Shown: positions 26,589-39,284, counted from the stretch's first letter. The stretch: DNA of 64,000 nucleotides from Eledone cirrhosa (GCA_964016885.1 OZ024741.1:363196001-363260000), one strand, 5' to 3'. Numbers and translations: made by a program. Notes: generated from the sequence alone by a model not told the origin.

Positions 26589-28179
26589 CAGTGGCGGACA
26601 TGGAAGTAAGAACACTTTTTATTTTGCATGTAACTTTTTTGATATTTCGTTTCTGCAACTTTGCAATATACCTAAAGAAAGAGAAATAATTTCTCTATCG
26701 CTATCTCTGTTATTAAGCCAATTAGTCAAATAGGCCAGTTCTTATGACTCGTTAACGCAATTATAGCCACATTTTGGCGGACATGGAAGTAAGAACACTT
26801 TTATTTTATTTCATTTAATGCTCGAATTATGGTCGAAATCAATATTTGGTGGCATATCCTTTCTGTTTGATCACGGCAGTACATCTTCTAGGCATACTTT
26901 CCACTAATTTCATACATTGGTCCAAACTGAAGTTCCATGTCAGGTTGATGGTGGCCATCAGATCGTGAAAGTTTTTTGGGTTTTGATGTCGAATTTCGCG
27001 CTTTATTAAATGCCACAGGTTTTCTATACAATTTAAGTCTGGCGATTGAGGAGGCCAATCGATGACCTTCCATTTTTTCTCATGAAAAAATTGCTTAACC
27101 GACTTTGCAGAATGACACGGGGCATTGTCTTGCACAAATTGCCAATTTAAAGGCATATTTTCATCTACATAGGGCTCCAAATGGTCTTCAGGATCTTGAC
27201 ATAAGTGTTCTGGTTCATACTGCCGGAAATGGGAACAAGGGGACCGGTGCCCATAGCCGAAAATGCACCCCAGAACATGATCGATTTTCCACCATGTTTC
27301 ACCGTTTTTTGAGAACACCGATCATCGAATTCCTCGTGTGTTCTCCTTCTGACATAAGTCTTGCCATCTGATCCGACCATGGTGAATAGACTTTCATCTG
27401 AAAATAGGACTTTGCGCCAATCAGCGGGTGTCCATGCGAGATATTTGTATGCGAATGCAAGTCGTTTGCGACGGTTGGCGAGTGAGATGAGCGGAACACG
27501 TCTGGCGATGCGACCATTGAGTCCGATTTCGCGCAGACGACGACGGACAGTTCTGACTGAGATATCCGAGTTGTGGGAAGTGTTCAATTCGGAGCAGATC
27601 TCGACAGCAGTCTTTTTTCGGTCATTTTCCGATGACCGGCCAATCGCTCTATCCTGGCGATCGTCCGTTTTTCGACTTGGTCCTGGTTTTGGCTTCGATT
27701 TGTATGATCCTGTACGTTCCCAAGTGCGCCAGGCTTGAATACAAGCAGTGGAGCTGCATGTTGTCATCTTAGAAATCACGCGGAAGGAAAAATTCAACTT
27801 TCTCAACTCGACGATCCATGCCCGTTTAGTAGGACTCAAATCTCTTTTTCTCCCCATAATAATAAAATGCTGGAAAAAAGAAAAATGTCATATATAACAT
27901 CATATTTTATTATACAAATCTAAAATTTGCTAGAGTAGCTATGAAGAAAGTAAACATAGGAAATGCAAAGTGTTCTTACTTCCACGTCCGCCAAAATCTT
28001 GCTATAATTGCGTTAATGAGCCATAAAAACTGGTCCGCTTTACTAATTGGCTTAATAACAGAGATAGCAATAGAGAAATTATTTCTCCTTCTTTTGGCAT
28101 ATTGCAAAGTTACAGAAACAAAATAACTAAAAAGTTACATGCAAAATAAAAAGTGTTCTTACTTCCATGTCCGCCACTG
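26589..28179 (-). mobile_element. Full-length Tc1 transposon with ~210-bp IR/DR terminal inverted repeats
   Basis: TA|CAGTGGCGGACATGGAAGTAAGAACAC...GTGTTCTTACTTCCATGTCCGCCACTG|TA; inner DRs at 26776-26802 and 27967-27992. Confidence 0.96.
26839..27857 (-). pseudogene. Tc1 DD34E transposase with a single frameshift near 27189
   Basis: VLFSDES, TVKHGG, QDNAPCH, WPPQSPDLNCIE (34 residues between D and E), ESMPRRC. Confidence 0.93.
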
Positions 28180-28378
28180 TATGTATGTATATTATATATG
28201 TATGTATATTATATATATATGTATATGTATGTATGTATGTTATATATATATGTATGTCTATATACATATATATGTATGTATATATATATATATATATGTA
28301 TGTATATATATATGTATGTCTATATACATATATATGTATGTATATATATATGTATGTCTATATACATATATATGTATG

Positions 28379-29029
28379 TAAAGAATTAATATATCTAGTA
28401 ATATATATATACACACAGATGCATATCAATGCTAGCAAATATATAGGTTTTGTCTTAGTAACTTTGTGGTTCAATGCATGGGGTTGCAGAACAATAATAT
28501 GAGAGACGTAAAATAAGAAAATTATAAAATTAACTTACTTACTAAAATTTCACTTCCAACTAATTAGTTTCTGAAATGGAATAAATATACTTTCCGAAGA
28601 ATATTATTATTCTGCAACCCCATGCATTGAACCACAAAGTTACTAAGACAAAACCTATATATTTGCTAGCATTGATATGCATCTGTATGTATATATATGT
28701 TACTAGATATATTAATTCTTTATAATTATCTCCAAATTATTTGTCGAGCAATATTGGCCAAGACTGCTGCTATGGTAGCAGGCAGGCCGCTGTCTTCTTA
28801 ACAAACCACTTTCCACTGATTGACCTCGATGTCACGTGATTGATTCTTTTTGAATTTGCCACCAACGCAGAGGCAGTGATTTTCTCAATGGCTAGGAATT
28901 CAGTCCACGCTTTGCTATTTTCTATCCACTGAATTATTTTTGTATAAGTTCCCAGAGTCCACGCTTTGCCTGGAAACTTAGCTGAGAATAGACTTCCCTG
29001 ACGACGAAAGGATTCTCTATATTTTATTC
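28379..29029 (+). mobile_element. Penelope-type pLTR module with an inverted 5' duplication
   Basis: ~120-bp inverted arms 28379-28500 and 28601-28722; the two halves of a hammerhead lie at 28993-29029 (+) and 28553-28589 (-). Confidence 0.6.
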
Positions 29030-29067
29030 GTCCGTTCTTCCACGCTAGTATGGGTTAGACGAGTTGT

Positions 29068-29103
<36 letters not shown>

Positions 29104-29509
29104 TATCATCATCATCGTTTAACGTCCATCTTCCACGCTAGCATGCGTTTGGACGGGAATTTTCCCACTTGAGGCAAGATTGGTTGTCCTGCTCGCATAG
29201 GACTGTCTGGCGGGTTTTCTACAGCTGGATGCCCTTCCTAACACCAACCACATTTACAGTGTGGGGCTGAGAGGTTTTTACCGTGTTGCCTAGATGGCCA
29301 CATTACAGCGTGGACTGTGTGTTTTTTTTTTTTGTCGTGACACCTACATGATCTCATTTGTTTCGGCCTGGATGTTGTGGCACCAATATAACTTTACATT
29401 GAAAGGGGCGGTGTGGATGGGGTGGGGATGGTGGGACGGGGGTGTGTTTTGTTAGAGATGCCTACTGACTGTAGTAGGTTTTACTTTGTATTTCAGGTAA
29501 GGCGGGTCT
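29029..29509 (-). mobile_element. RTE family B 3' UTR + (TA)n + family A 3' tip chimera
   Basis: Same junction as 34339-34500. Confidence 0.85.
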
Positions 29510-29788
29510 GTAGGTATATATATATATGTATATATACACATATATATTTATGTATGTATATATATATGTATATATATACATATATATTTATGTATGTATA
29601 TATATATATATGTATATATATACATATATATTTATGTCTATATACATATATATGTGTGTATATATATATCTGTATGTATATATATATATGTATATATACA
29701 TATATATGTATGTATATATACATATATATGTATGTATATATACATATATATGTATGTATATATACATATATATGTATGCATATATATA

Positions 29789-29825
<37 letters not shown>

Positions 29826-29853
29826 GTATGTATATATACATATATATGTATGC

Positions 29854-29938
<85 letters not shown>

Positions 29939-29949
29939 TATATATGTAC

Positions 29950-30144
29950 GTAGGCAACACGGTAAAAACCTCCCAGCCCCACACTGTAAATGTGGTTGGT
30001 GTTAGGAAGGGCATCCAGCCGTAGAAAACCCGCCAGACAGTCCTATGCGAGCAAGACAACCACTCTTGCCTCAAGTGGGAAAACTCCCGTCCAAACCCAT
30101 GCAAGCGTGAAATATGGACGTTAAACGATGATGATGATGATGAT
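29950..30144 (+). mobile_element. RTE family B 3' UTR fragment between TA arrays
   Basis: GTTGGTGTTAGGAAGGGCATCC...GGACGTTAAAC(GAT)n. Confidence 0.88.
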
Positions 30145-30149
30145 ATATG

Positions 30150-30197
<48 letters not shown>

Positions 30198-30226
30198 CAT
30201 GTAGATGTATGTATATATATGTATAT

Positions 30227-30260
<34 letters not shown>

Positions 30261-30480
30261 GTATATATCTACATATATATGTACGTTTATATATATACGT
30301 TTATATATGTATGTATATATATATATATGTATATATATATATGTACGTATATATATACATATATATATGTACGTATATATATACATATATATGTATGTAT
30401 ATATATATGTATGTATATATATATGTATGTATATATATATGTATGTATATATATATATATATGTATGTATATATATATAT

Positions 30481-30531
<51 letters not shown>

Positions 30532-30546
30532 CATGTATATATATAT

Positions 30547-30631
<85 letters not shown>

Positions 30632-30699
30632 CATGTATATGTATATATATATATGTATATGTATGTATATATATATATATATGTATGTATATATATATA

Positions 30700-32046
30700 T
30701 AACAACGAATATAGTGAAGAGTTTAGCGTAAAAGTTGTTCATCAGGGCTCCGTTCTTAGCCCCCTACTATTTATTATTGCCCTTCAGGCTATAACAGAGG
30801 AGTTCAATACCGGTTGCCCATGGGAACTTCTATCCGCAGATGATCTAACGCTCATAGCTGAATCAATGGCCGAACTAGAATCAAAAGGCCTTAAAATTAA
30901 CCTGTCTAAGACTAAAGTTCTAGTTTGTAGGAAGGAAAATAGGGCACTGGTCCCATCTGGGAAATGGCCATGCTCAGTGTGTAGGAAAGGAGTAGGCAGA
31001 AACTCCATTTTATGTCCCAAATGCAAAGTATGGGTGCATAAAAGATGTAGTGGGCTCACAGGTAAGCTAACTAAGAATATAGATTTTATATGTGGCCGGT
31101 GCTCAGGTGCAATAAGTAGCAGCAAGCGCCCACAGAATACTAGCTGATTCCATTGCACAGATGGTTCTATAGAAATAGTGGACACCTTCCGTTACCTGGG
31201 TGACAAAATCAGCAGTGGTGGAGGGTGCTCTGAAAGTAGAGTCAGAAAGGGATGGAAAAGGTTCAGAGAGCTTATACCACTATTGGCTGCTAAAGTGTTC
31301 TCTCTAAAAATGAAAGGCAAGCTGTATGATGCCTGCATACGAACAGCAATGTTACATGGCAGTGAGACTTGGGCATTGTGTGCAGAGGATATATGCAGAC
31401 TGGAGAGGAACGAAACTTGCATGCTCCGTTGGATGTGTAATAGTAATATACGTGAACGGCAAAGCATAAATGAACTAAGGGAGAAATTAGGAATAAGAGG
31501 AATCAGATGTTGTTTACTCGAGAGAAGACTACGTTGGTATGGTCATGTGATGCGCATGAAAGACGACAGCTGTATAAAAAAGTGCAGGGCGATAAAAATA
31601 GACGGTAGCCACGGAGTAGGCAGACCCAGAAAAACCTGGGGCGACTTGATAAATTCCGACCTCACACACTTACACCTCTCCAAGACAATGATACTGGACC
31701 GAGATCTTTGGCGCTACACAGTAATACAGAAGACCCGCCTTGCCTAAGTACAAAGCGAAACCTACAGTCAGTAGGCACCTCTAACAAAAATACACCCCTG
31801 TCCCACCACCCCCACCCATCCACACCACCTCTTTCGATGTAAAGTTATGTTGGTACCACAACATCCAGTCCGAAAGAAATGAGGTTGTCTAGGTGTTACG
31901 AAAAAAAAACACACAGTCCTCGCTGTAATGTGGCCGTGTAGGTAACACAGTAAAAACCTCCCAGTCCACACTGCAAATGTGGTTGGTGTTAGGAAGGGCA
32001 TCCAGCCATAGAAAACTCGCCAGACAGTCCTATACGAGCAAGACAG
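30700..32046 (+). mobile_element. RTE family B fragment (RT 3' half, PHD), tail lost
   Basis: Homology to 24232-25740 with short deletions and a stop. Confidence 0.9.
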
Positions 32047-32913
32047 TCTTTCGGCTGGTATGGCAGGGCGCTGAGTCTTGCTGCCACACGTACGGCCTAC
32101 CTGCAACTACCTGGTTGATCCAGGGCTTTACTACCTCACTCAGAACGCGGATGTAGCCATCAGTGTTCAGCTTGAGGCCCTCAGGGAAGAAGTGAGGTGG
32201 CACGACGTCATCTTGACTGCTGATGACACCTAAGACCAATGTTGTCGCTGGAAACTTTGGCTGCATGACTCTGGGCACGTCTTTGGATGAGACAGTGAGC
32301 CACCTGTTCTGGGAGTTGATTTTCTGGTCTTGGCAGAAGTTTTTCTCGTCGGAGAAAAACCACAGTATGTCTGGCTCCAGTGGGTGCTTCAACTTGTTGA
32401 TCAGCTTCTTTGCGTGCTTCAGTCGCTTTTCTTGCATCGCCTTTGACAGAAATTGTCCTTCCCTCATCTTGTATGAAACGTACCACCAGCCTAATGAGCT
32501 TTTTATCCACGCCTTTCTCTCTTGCAATGGCATGCATCGACTTGCTAGGTTAATTGTTGATGATGGTATGTTCTGAAGGCGTCAGATCGTCGATCATTTG
32601 TTTTCCTCTTTGATGTTGCTTCGTAGTCGAATCCTGAATCTTCTTATTCCTTTCTGACCTTTTCCACCATTCTCCTGCTGACGCTGAGAAAGTTGAAATT
32701 TCCTTATTTGTCCTCTCGGTGCGGATTCCAAGAAGAACTCGGTGTCTCTTCCACAAATTCGGAGGTTCAAAATTATTCATCATCAATTATTCTGAAAATA
32801 AATAATGGAAATATAGTCACTGTTTTTATGAAGACAAGAGTGACAACGGAAGTAAAAAAAATTTGCATAAAATTAACAGTTTAAAATTGCGAACAAATAT
32901 CATCCGCACCCTG
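32047..32913 (-). mobile_element. maT/DD37D-like Tc1/mariner fragment
   Basis: TA|CAGGGTGCGGATG end; WFFSDEKNF, PPHFFPEGLKLN, WQQDSAPCHT; 3' part missing, so the D-D spacing cannot be counted. Confidence 0.75.
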
Positions 32914-33447
32914 TATGTATGTGTATATATATATATATATGTATGTCTTTATACATATATATGTATGTGTATATATATATATGTATATGTATGTGTGTAC
33001 ATATATATATATATATGTGTATGTATGTATGTGTGTATATATATATATGTATGTATGTGTGTATATATATATATGTATGTATGTGTGTATATATATATAT
33101 GTATGTATGTGTGTATATATATATATGTATGTATGTGTGTGTATATATATATGTATGTATGTGTGTATATATATATATATGTATGTGTGTATATATATAT
33201 ATGTATGTATGTGTGTATATATATATATATATGTATGTATGTGTATATATATATATATATAGTAATAATAATAAATTTGAAGACTAAAATCCAAAGAGGG
33301 CTTGATAAGGATAAATATATATCAAATATATAAGAACTGTAGATATATGTATATAATATATATGTATGTATATATATATGTCTGTATATATATATATATA
33401 TGTATGTATATATATGTTTATATATATATATGTATGTATACATGTTA

Positions 33448-34006
33448 GGTCACTCTTGAGTGCTACTGGTAACATGCAGCCTAGTACAACCTGTCACATA
33501 GTCGGGTTATCGGCGACTAAACTGGCAACCCCACCAAGTTTACTTGGTGAGGAGAGTGATTTTGGACACCCTGCAAGACAAAAAAAAACCTGACAAAAGG
33601 CGGAAGAACATAAGAATCAACAGCCATCGAAAAATGTGTAAATATGTATATACATGTATTCATAAGTGTGTGTATGAGCGGGGTCATAGAAATAATTGGG
33701 CTAGATATCCGATCACGCGGTTAAACCACTGGGAGTGAAGGACCCCTAGCCTTTGTCAGGGCATTCTTCTAGGAGAAGGCAACTCAGGAAACTGGGATAA
33801 CTCCAACATATAACCTGCACCTCAGTAGTTACTGATGATGTTGATCTTTTCTTCTTTTCGGATTACAGCTCTTGGCTCAGTGCACTGTCTTTCCTCACTT
33901 TAAAAAACATCTTCGTGCACAGGCAGTGCACAATAGAATTAATTGATAATTATTAATAATGTTATATCGTGCAATGGCCATACTCGACAATGAGGGGGCA
34001 GCCATC
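33448..34006 (+). mobile_element. Diverged relative of the short RTE-derived element
   Basis: Aligns with 39341-39944 at both ends; lacks the C2H2 segment. Confidence 0.72.
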
Positions 34007-34007
34007 A

Positions 34008-34066
<59 letters not shown>

Positions 34067-34144
34067 ATCGACTTTCGTCAAATCAGACCGAGGGAGGAAA
34101 CAATGTTTCCATTGGTCTTTCCAATTGCTAATACTCTCTATCGG

Positions 34145-34283
34145 TCGCAACTCCAAGTAGAAGGAGCAATATGAAATAAAGTGTCTTGCCCAAGGACATA
34201 ACACATCGCCCGGTCTGGGAATCGAACTCACTACCTCACGATTGCGAATCTAATTCTTTTACCACTCAGCCACGCACCTTCAC
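34145..34283 (-). mobile_element. tRNA-head SINE 5' part
   Basis: Minus strand A box TGGCTGAGTGG and B box GAGTTCGATTC; CCTTGGGCAAGACACTTTATTTCA as in 46849-47134. Confidence 0.8.
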
Positions 34284-34312
34284 TATATGTATATATATGT
34301 ATATGTATATAT

Positions 34313-34378
34313 ATCATCATCATCATCATCACTATTTTACGTCCGTTCTTCCACGCTAGTATGGGTTAGACGAGTTGT

Positions 34379-34416
<38 letters not shown>

Positions 34417-35114
34417 TATCATCATCATCATCGTTTAACGTCCATCTTCCACGCTAGCATGGGTTTGGACGGGAATTTTCCCACTTGAGGCAAGATTGGT
34501 TGTCCTGCTCGTATAGGAGTCTGGCGGGTTTTCTACGGCTGGATGCCCTTCCTAACATCAACCACGTTTACAGTGTGGACTGGGAGGTTTTTACCATGTT
34601 ACCTACACGGCCACATTACAGCGTGGACTGTGTGTTTTTTTTTGTCGTGACACCTACACGACCTCATTTAGGACTGGATGTTGTGGTACCAACATAACTT
34701 TACATCGAAAGGGGTGGTGTGGATGGGGTGGGGGTAGTGGGACAGGGGTGTATTTTTGTTAAGAGGTGCCTACTGACTGTAGGTTTCGCTTTGTACTTAG
34801 GCAAGGCGGCTCTTCTGTATTACTGTGTAGCGCCAAAAATCTCGGTCCAGTATCATTGTCTTGGAGAGGTGTAAGTGTGTGAGGTTGGAATTTATCAAGT
34901 CGTCCCAGGTTTTTCTGGGTCTGCCTACTCCGTAGCTACCGTCTATTTTTATCGCCCTGCACTTTTTTATACAGCTGTCGTCTTTCATGCACATCACGTG
35001 ACCACACCAACGTAGTCTTCTCTCGAGTAAACAACATCTGATCCGTCTTATTCCTAATTTCTCCCTTAGTTCATTTATGTTTTGCCGTTCACGTATATTA
35101 CTATTACACATCCA
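34313..35114 (-). mobile_element. RTE family B 3' fragment + (TA)n + family A tip with (GAT)n tail
   Basis: [11 protein letters not shown]...; double tail. Confidence 0.88.
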
Positions 35115-35243
35115 TATATATATATGTATACATATATATGTATGCATATGTATATATGTGTGTGTATGTATGCATATATATATATATATAAATATGTATT
35201 TATGTATAAGAAGAAATTAAAAGATGGTTAAAAAAGTTCCATA

Positions 35244-35314
35244 TATTTTATTATGCGCATTTCAAAAACAAATATCATCCTGGGACGATAGTTGCGTTCT
35301 CATCAGATAAAATA
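35244..35314 (-). ncRNA. Type I hammerhead ribozyme with palindromic stem III
   Basis: TATTTTAT CTGATGA [stem II incl. TATCGTCC/GGATGATA] GAA ATGCGCAT A ATAAAATA. Confidence 0.8.
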
Positions 35315-35487
35315 AGGTAACAGGATATGATGCCTAAAAAACACACTTGTGAACAAGAAAGTGTCCAGTCAACATATGATAAAAAAATATAAAAGGAGAG
35401 AGAAAATTGGAAAAAAGAAGAGGGAAAAGGAAATAGGAGAAAATAACAGAAAAAATTTAAGAAGGAAGGAGGAGAGAGAAAAAGAAA

Positions 35488-35543
<56 letters not shown>

Positions 35544-35546
<3 letters not shown>

Positions 35547-35678
35547 TTTTAATATAGATGAGATTCTACAGGACTAGAACTGTTTCATTCTTTAGAAATC
35601 ATCAGGAATCAGATTCCTGATGATTTCTAAAGAATGAAACAGTTCTAGTCCTGTAGAATCTCATCTATATTAAAACTT
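35544..35678. repeat. Perfect palindrome (67-bp arms, 1-nt spacer at 35611) with a hammerhead on each strand
   Basis: Base-by-base complementarity; AGATTC CTGATGA T TTC TAAA GAA T GAA ACAG TTCTAGTC CTGT A GAATCT. Confidence 0.9.
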
Positions 35679-35743
35679 TTATACTCTGCTATGTATTGAG
35701 TACCTTACTTACTGTGGTTACCTCCGATTCAACCCGGAATAAC

Positions 35744-35782
<39 letters not shown>

Positions 35783-35884
35783 ATATTAATAAATGGAAAC
35801 TCATCATCATCGTTTAACGCCATCTTCCACACTAACATGGGTTTAGATGGGAATTTTCCCCACTTGAGGTTGTCTTGCTCATAG

Positions 35885-37450
35885 GGCAACCAAGGCAACC
35901 TTGGTGCGCTTTCATCAGATAAAATACAAAATTTGTTTTATAAATAGTGACATAACCATGGAAAACAACCTTGACGGTTGAAAATTCGCTGGATAGTGAA
36001 AATTTATTAAGGGTAATTCAAAGTTATGTATGAATATGCAAATGAATGTCCGAAAAATTGAAAAAAAACAACCGTTTATTTAAATTACGCTGTGGGAAGA
36101 AGAGGGAGAAAAGTAAAATATTAGTATATGTAGAAATAGAGTGAAGAAAGAGCGAAGAAAGAAGCTTATCCGAGGATGAGCTCATATAACGTAAATAAGT
36201 CTAATGTTTATGTTACATATTTATGTTACGTATATTTACTATTATAAGTATATAGAAAATTAGATATATAGAAAAAATAAAGATATATTAAAATATATTA
36301 AAATATATTAAAAAATAGATTTAAAATAAATATGAAGTAGAAGCATAGGATAAAATATAGATATAAGGATAGATATATGAGTGGATAGATGGGTATATCA
36401 TGTTATAGGTGATAAATTATGAGGGATACTAGTTTATATTTAGTGTAAGTATTTAAATTAAATTAAATTAACTGAGTTAATAGGATTACTTATAGGTTTT
36501 TAATGTTTTACATTGGAAAAATATTGTTTATTCATTAGTTATTATGAGATAATTTTGACAAAGATATGTTTAAAGATATATTTAACCAGAGTTAGTTATT
36601 GGTTATAACTCTAATATTAAATAATTAAAAAATTAAAAATTATTAAAAGTATAAGAAAATATTAAAACCATTGAAAAATTAAGATTATAAAATATTAAAA
36701 ATTCTAGACAAAATTCTTGAAAATTCCTGGAAAAACTTTCAAAGAGATTTTTAAAAGATCTCAAAAAAAAAAAACTCTGAAGATACTCAAAAACCTTTTA
36801 AAAACATTTAAAAAGTGTTTAAAATTAATTAAAAACCTAAAATTATTCAGAAAATATAAAGAAATATTAAGAAATAATATTAAGAAATATTTAAAAATAT
36901 TTAAAAATATTAGAAAAATACTAAAAAATATATTAAAAATATTAAGATAATCCAAATAATCCTTAAAAAAATAGTTTTTTTGGAAATAAGTAATTTAAAA
37001 AAAAAAATTTAAGTAATTTTTCTAAAAAGATTGAGATATATTGGAAGTAAGATAAATAAAGATAAAAAATAAAGATATTTAAGAAATAAAAATATAAAAA
37101 AGTAAAGATTTAAGAAGTAAATTATATATATTTAAGAAATAAAAGATATTAAAATTAGAATTACATTAAATTTAAATTCAAAGATTTAGAATTTATGAAC
37201 ATATATGCATATAATTTAAGAAATGAAATTATAGGTATTTGGATAAAGTAAACATTATGTAGAAAAGATTAAACGTGTAATTATATTTTATATATAGATC
37301 TAAAAGTTGAGTTTTGGCGATGTTTACAAGAACTAAATAAATTGTTACGTAAATTAATATATTGAATATTTACCCCAGTAATTTGTTGAGTGCTCTATAT
37401 CAGTTATAAACTTTTAAGTTTGTTGGAATCCCAACAAATTAAATATAACT
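35885..37450 (-). other. Extremely AT-rich, purine-skewed tract ending in a half hammerhead; possibly a decayed PLE-related body
   Basis: TCATCAGATAAAATA at 35912-35926 is identical to 35300-35314; no recognisable protein. Confidence 0.3.
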
Positions 37451-37483
37451 TCTGCATATATATATATATATATGTATATATAT

Positions 37484-37725
37484 AATAATTGTTTCTACTT
37501 TTGGCACAAGGCCAGCAATTACCCAGTGTAGGCACAAGGCCAACAATTTTGTGAGGACGGAAAGGTTGATTAAATCAATCGAAGTGTATTACTGGTACTT
37601 TATTTTATCGACCTCGTAAGGATGAAAGACAATTTTACCTAGGTGGAATTTGAACTCAGAACGTAAAGGGCCGTAACTAAATGCATGTTGTCTGAAGCTC
37701 TACCGATTCTAACAATCCACCACTC
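37484..37725 (-). mobile_element. tRNA-head CORE-type SINE
   Basis: Minus strand GAGTTCAAATTCC B box, CTTTCATCC..GGTCGATAAAATAAAGTACCAGT. Confidence 0.75.
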
Positions 37726-38564
37726 TCATGTGTATATATAATAATGATAATTGTGCAAGCCAGATGTAGAAATTCATAACTCAATTTATTTAGAGTCTGC
37801 TATAATTCTGTGGCGTTCATGATTATGCAATGCAGTCATCACACAACCTCCAACACGACTTCATCAGACAGTATTTTCTAGCATTATAATTTTAATTTAG
37901 GCTACAGCTAAGGAGACATATGGATACCATGTTTCTTCTTCTGCAGCCTATTGCCCATGGGAATTAGAATTATTCCTAACATTTGCCAGCGGTTATGTTG
38001 GTACCACAGAACATCCAGTCCACACTAAACTGGTCGTGTAGGAGACATGGTAAAAAGGCTCCCAGTCCACACTGTAAATGTGGTTGGTGTTAGGAAGGGC
38101 TGTAGAAAACCTGCCAGATACAGTCCTATACGAGCGAGACACGGTCACCTGACCAATCTTGCCTCAAGTGGGACGGACAATTTTCCATCTAACCCATGCT
38201 TACGAGGAAGATAGACATTAAATGATGATGATATATATAATGTTATATCTGTATCAATACAGGGTACATAACCAAGGCTGCACCAATGTGTATATAAATA
38301 TACACATATTTAATATGTAGGCATGGGCTCACAAAAACAAGATGGTTTAAAACAGAATAAAGGAGAAACACAAAATAACAACAAAAGTAGTCACTGAGGA
38401 AGCCACAAAATGTGACGAAAGATTTGATAACAACCAACAACTAAACAACCATCTGGTTATTAAACTAACTGACTGGGAAATTATAATAATAAATTAAAGT
38501 GAAACCCAACATGCGCATGTGTTTTTTACTGGCAGCATGACCTTCCCAAAATATAACAATAATA

Positions 38565-39050
38565 TATATTACTCACCTCTTACAGCATTATAATTGGGTA
38601 CTAAAACAGTTGCTAGACCATTTGAATGTGGATGTGATATATCTTGACTTTGTGAAGGCCTTCAACAAAGTTGCTTATGGAATATGTTCCAAACAATGTA
38701 GCTTTGGCATAGTTGGAAAAGTAGGTGAATGGCTTCATGACTTCTTAAAAGACGGATGCCTGACTCTTGCAGCCAACAAGGCCCTCTCAAAGGAAACGTC
38801 AATAACAATTGGTGTGCCTCAGAGAACTGTCTTGGGAACACTACTGTCTTTGGTGGACCTCTCTGACATGCCCTCTGTAATACAGACAGCCTCCTTCATT
38901 AGATATGCTGATGACACGAAAGTAGCACAGGCAATCAAGAAACCGACATACTATTCTCTTACAAGATAATTTAAATGCCATATACAAATGGGTTGACGAC
39001 AATAATATGCAATTTAATGCCTGAAAATGTAAGGCCCTCCGCTATCAACC
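38565..39050 (+). mobile_element. Degenerate CR1-type RT fragment
   Basis: DVIYLDFVKAFNKV, GVPQRTVLG, YADDTK. Confidence 0.8.
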
Positions 39051-39284
39051 CATAAACACAAGGCCACTGTAATAACGCTAAAATATAGATGGAGAAATTA
39101 GTTTTAAAGCATTTTTAATACTATAGCCATGTTTCTAGAGCAGTATGTATATATAACAATATATATAACAATTCTGTCTGAGCAAGACATGGTCATCTGA
39201 TCTGACTTGTCTCACAACAGGCGACTTGTCTAACTCATGCCAGCACGGAAAAATAAATGTTAAATGATGAGGGTGATGATAATG

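Noticed and set aside
36717-36955. K/I/L-rich ORFs
   Set aside because: A compositional consequence of the A/T-rich tract; no domain features.
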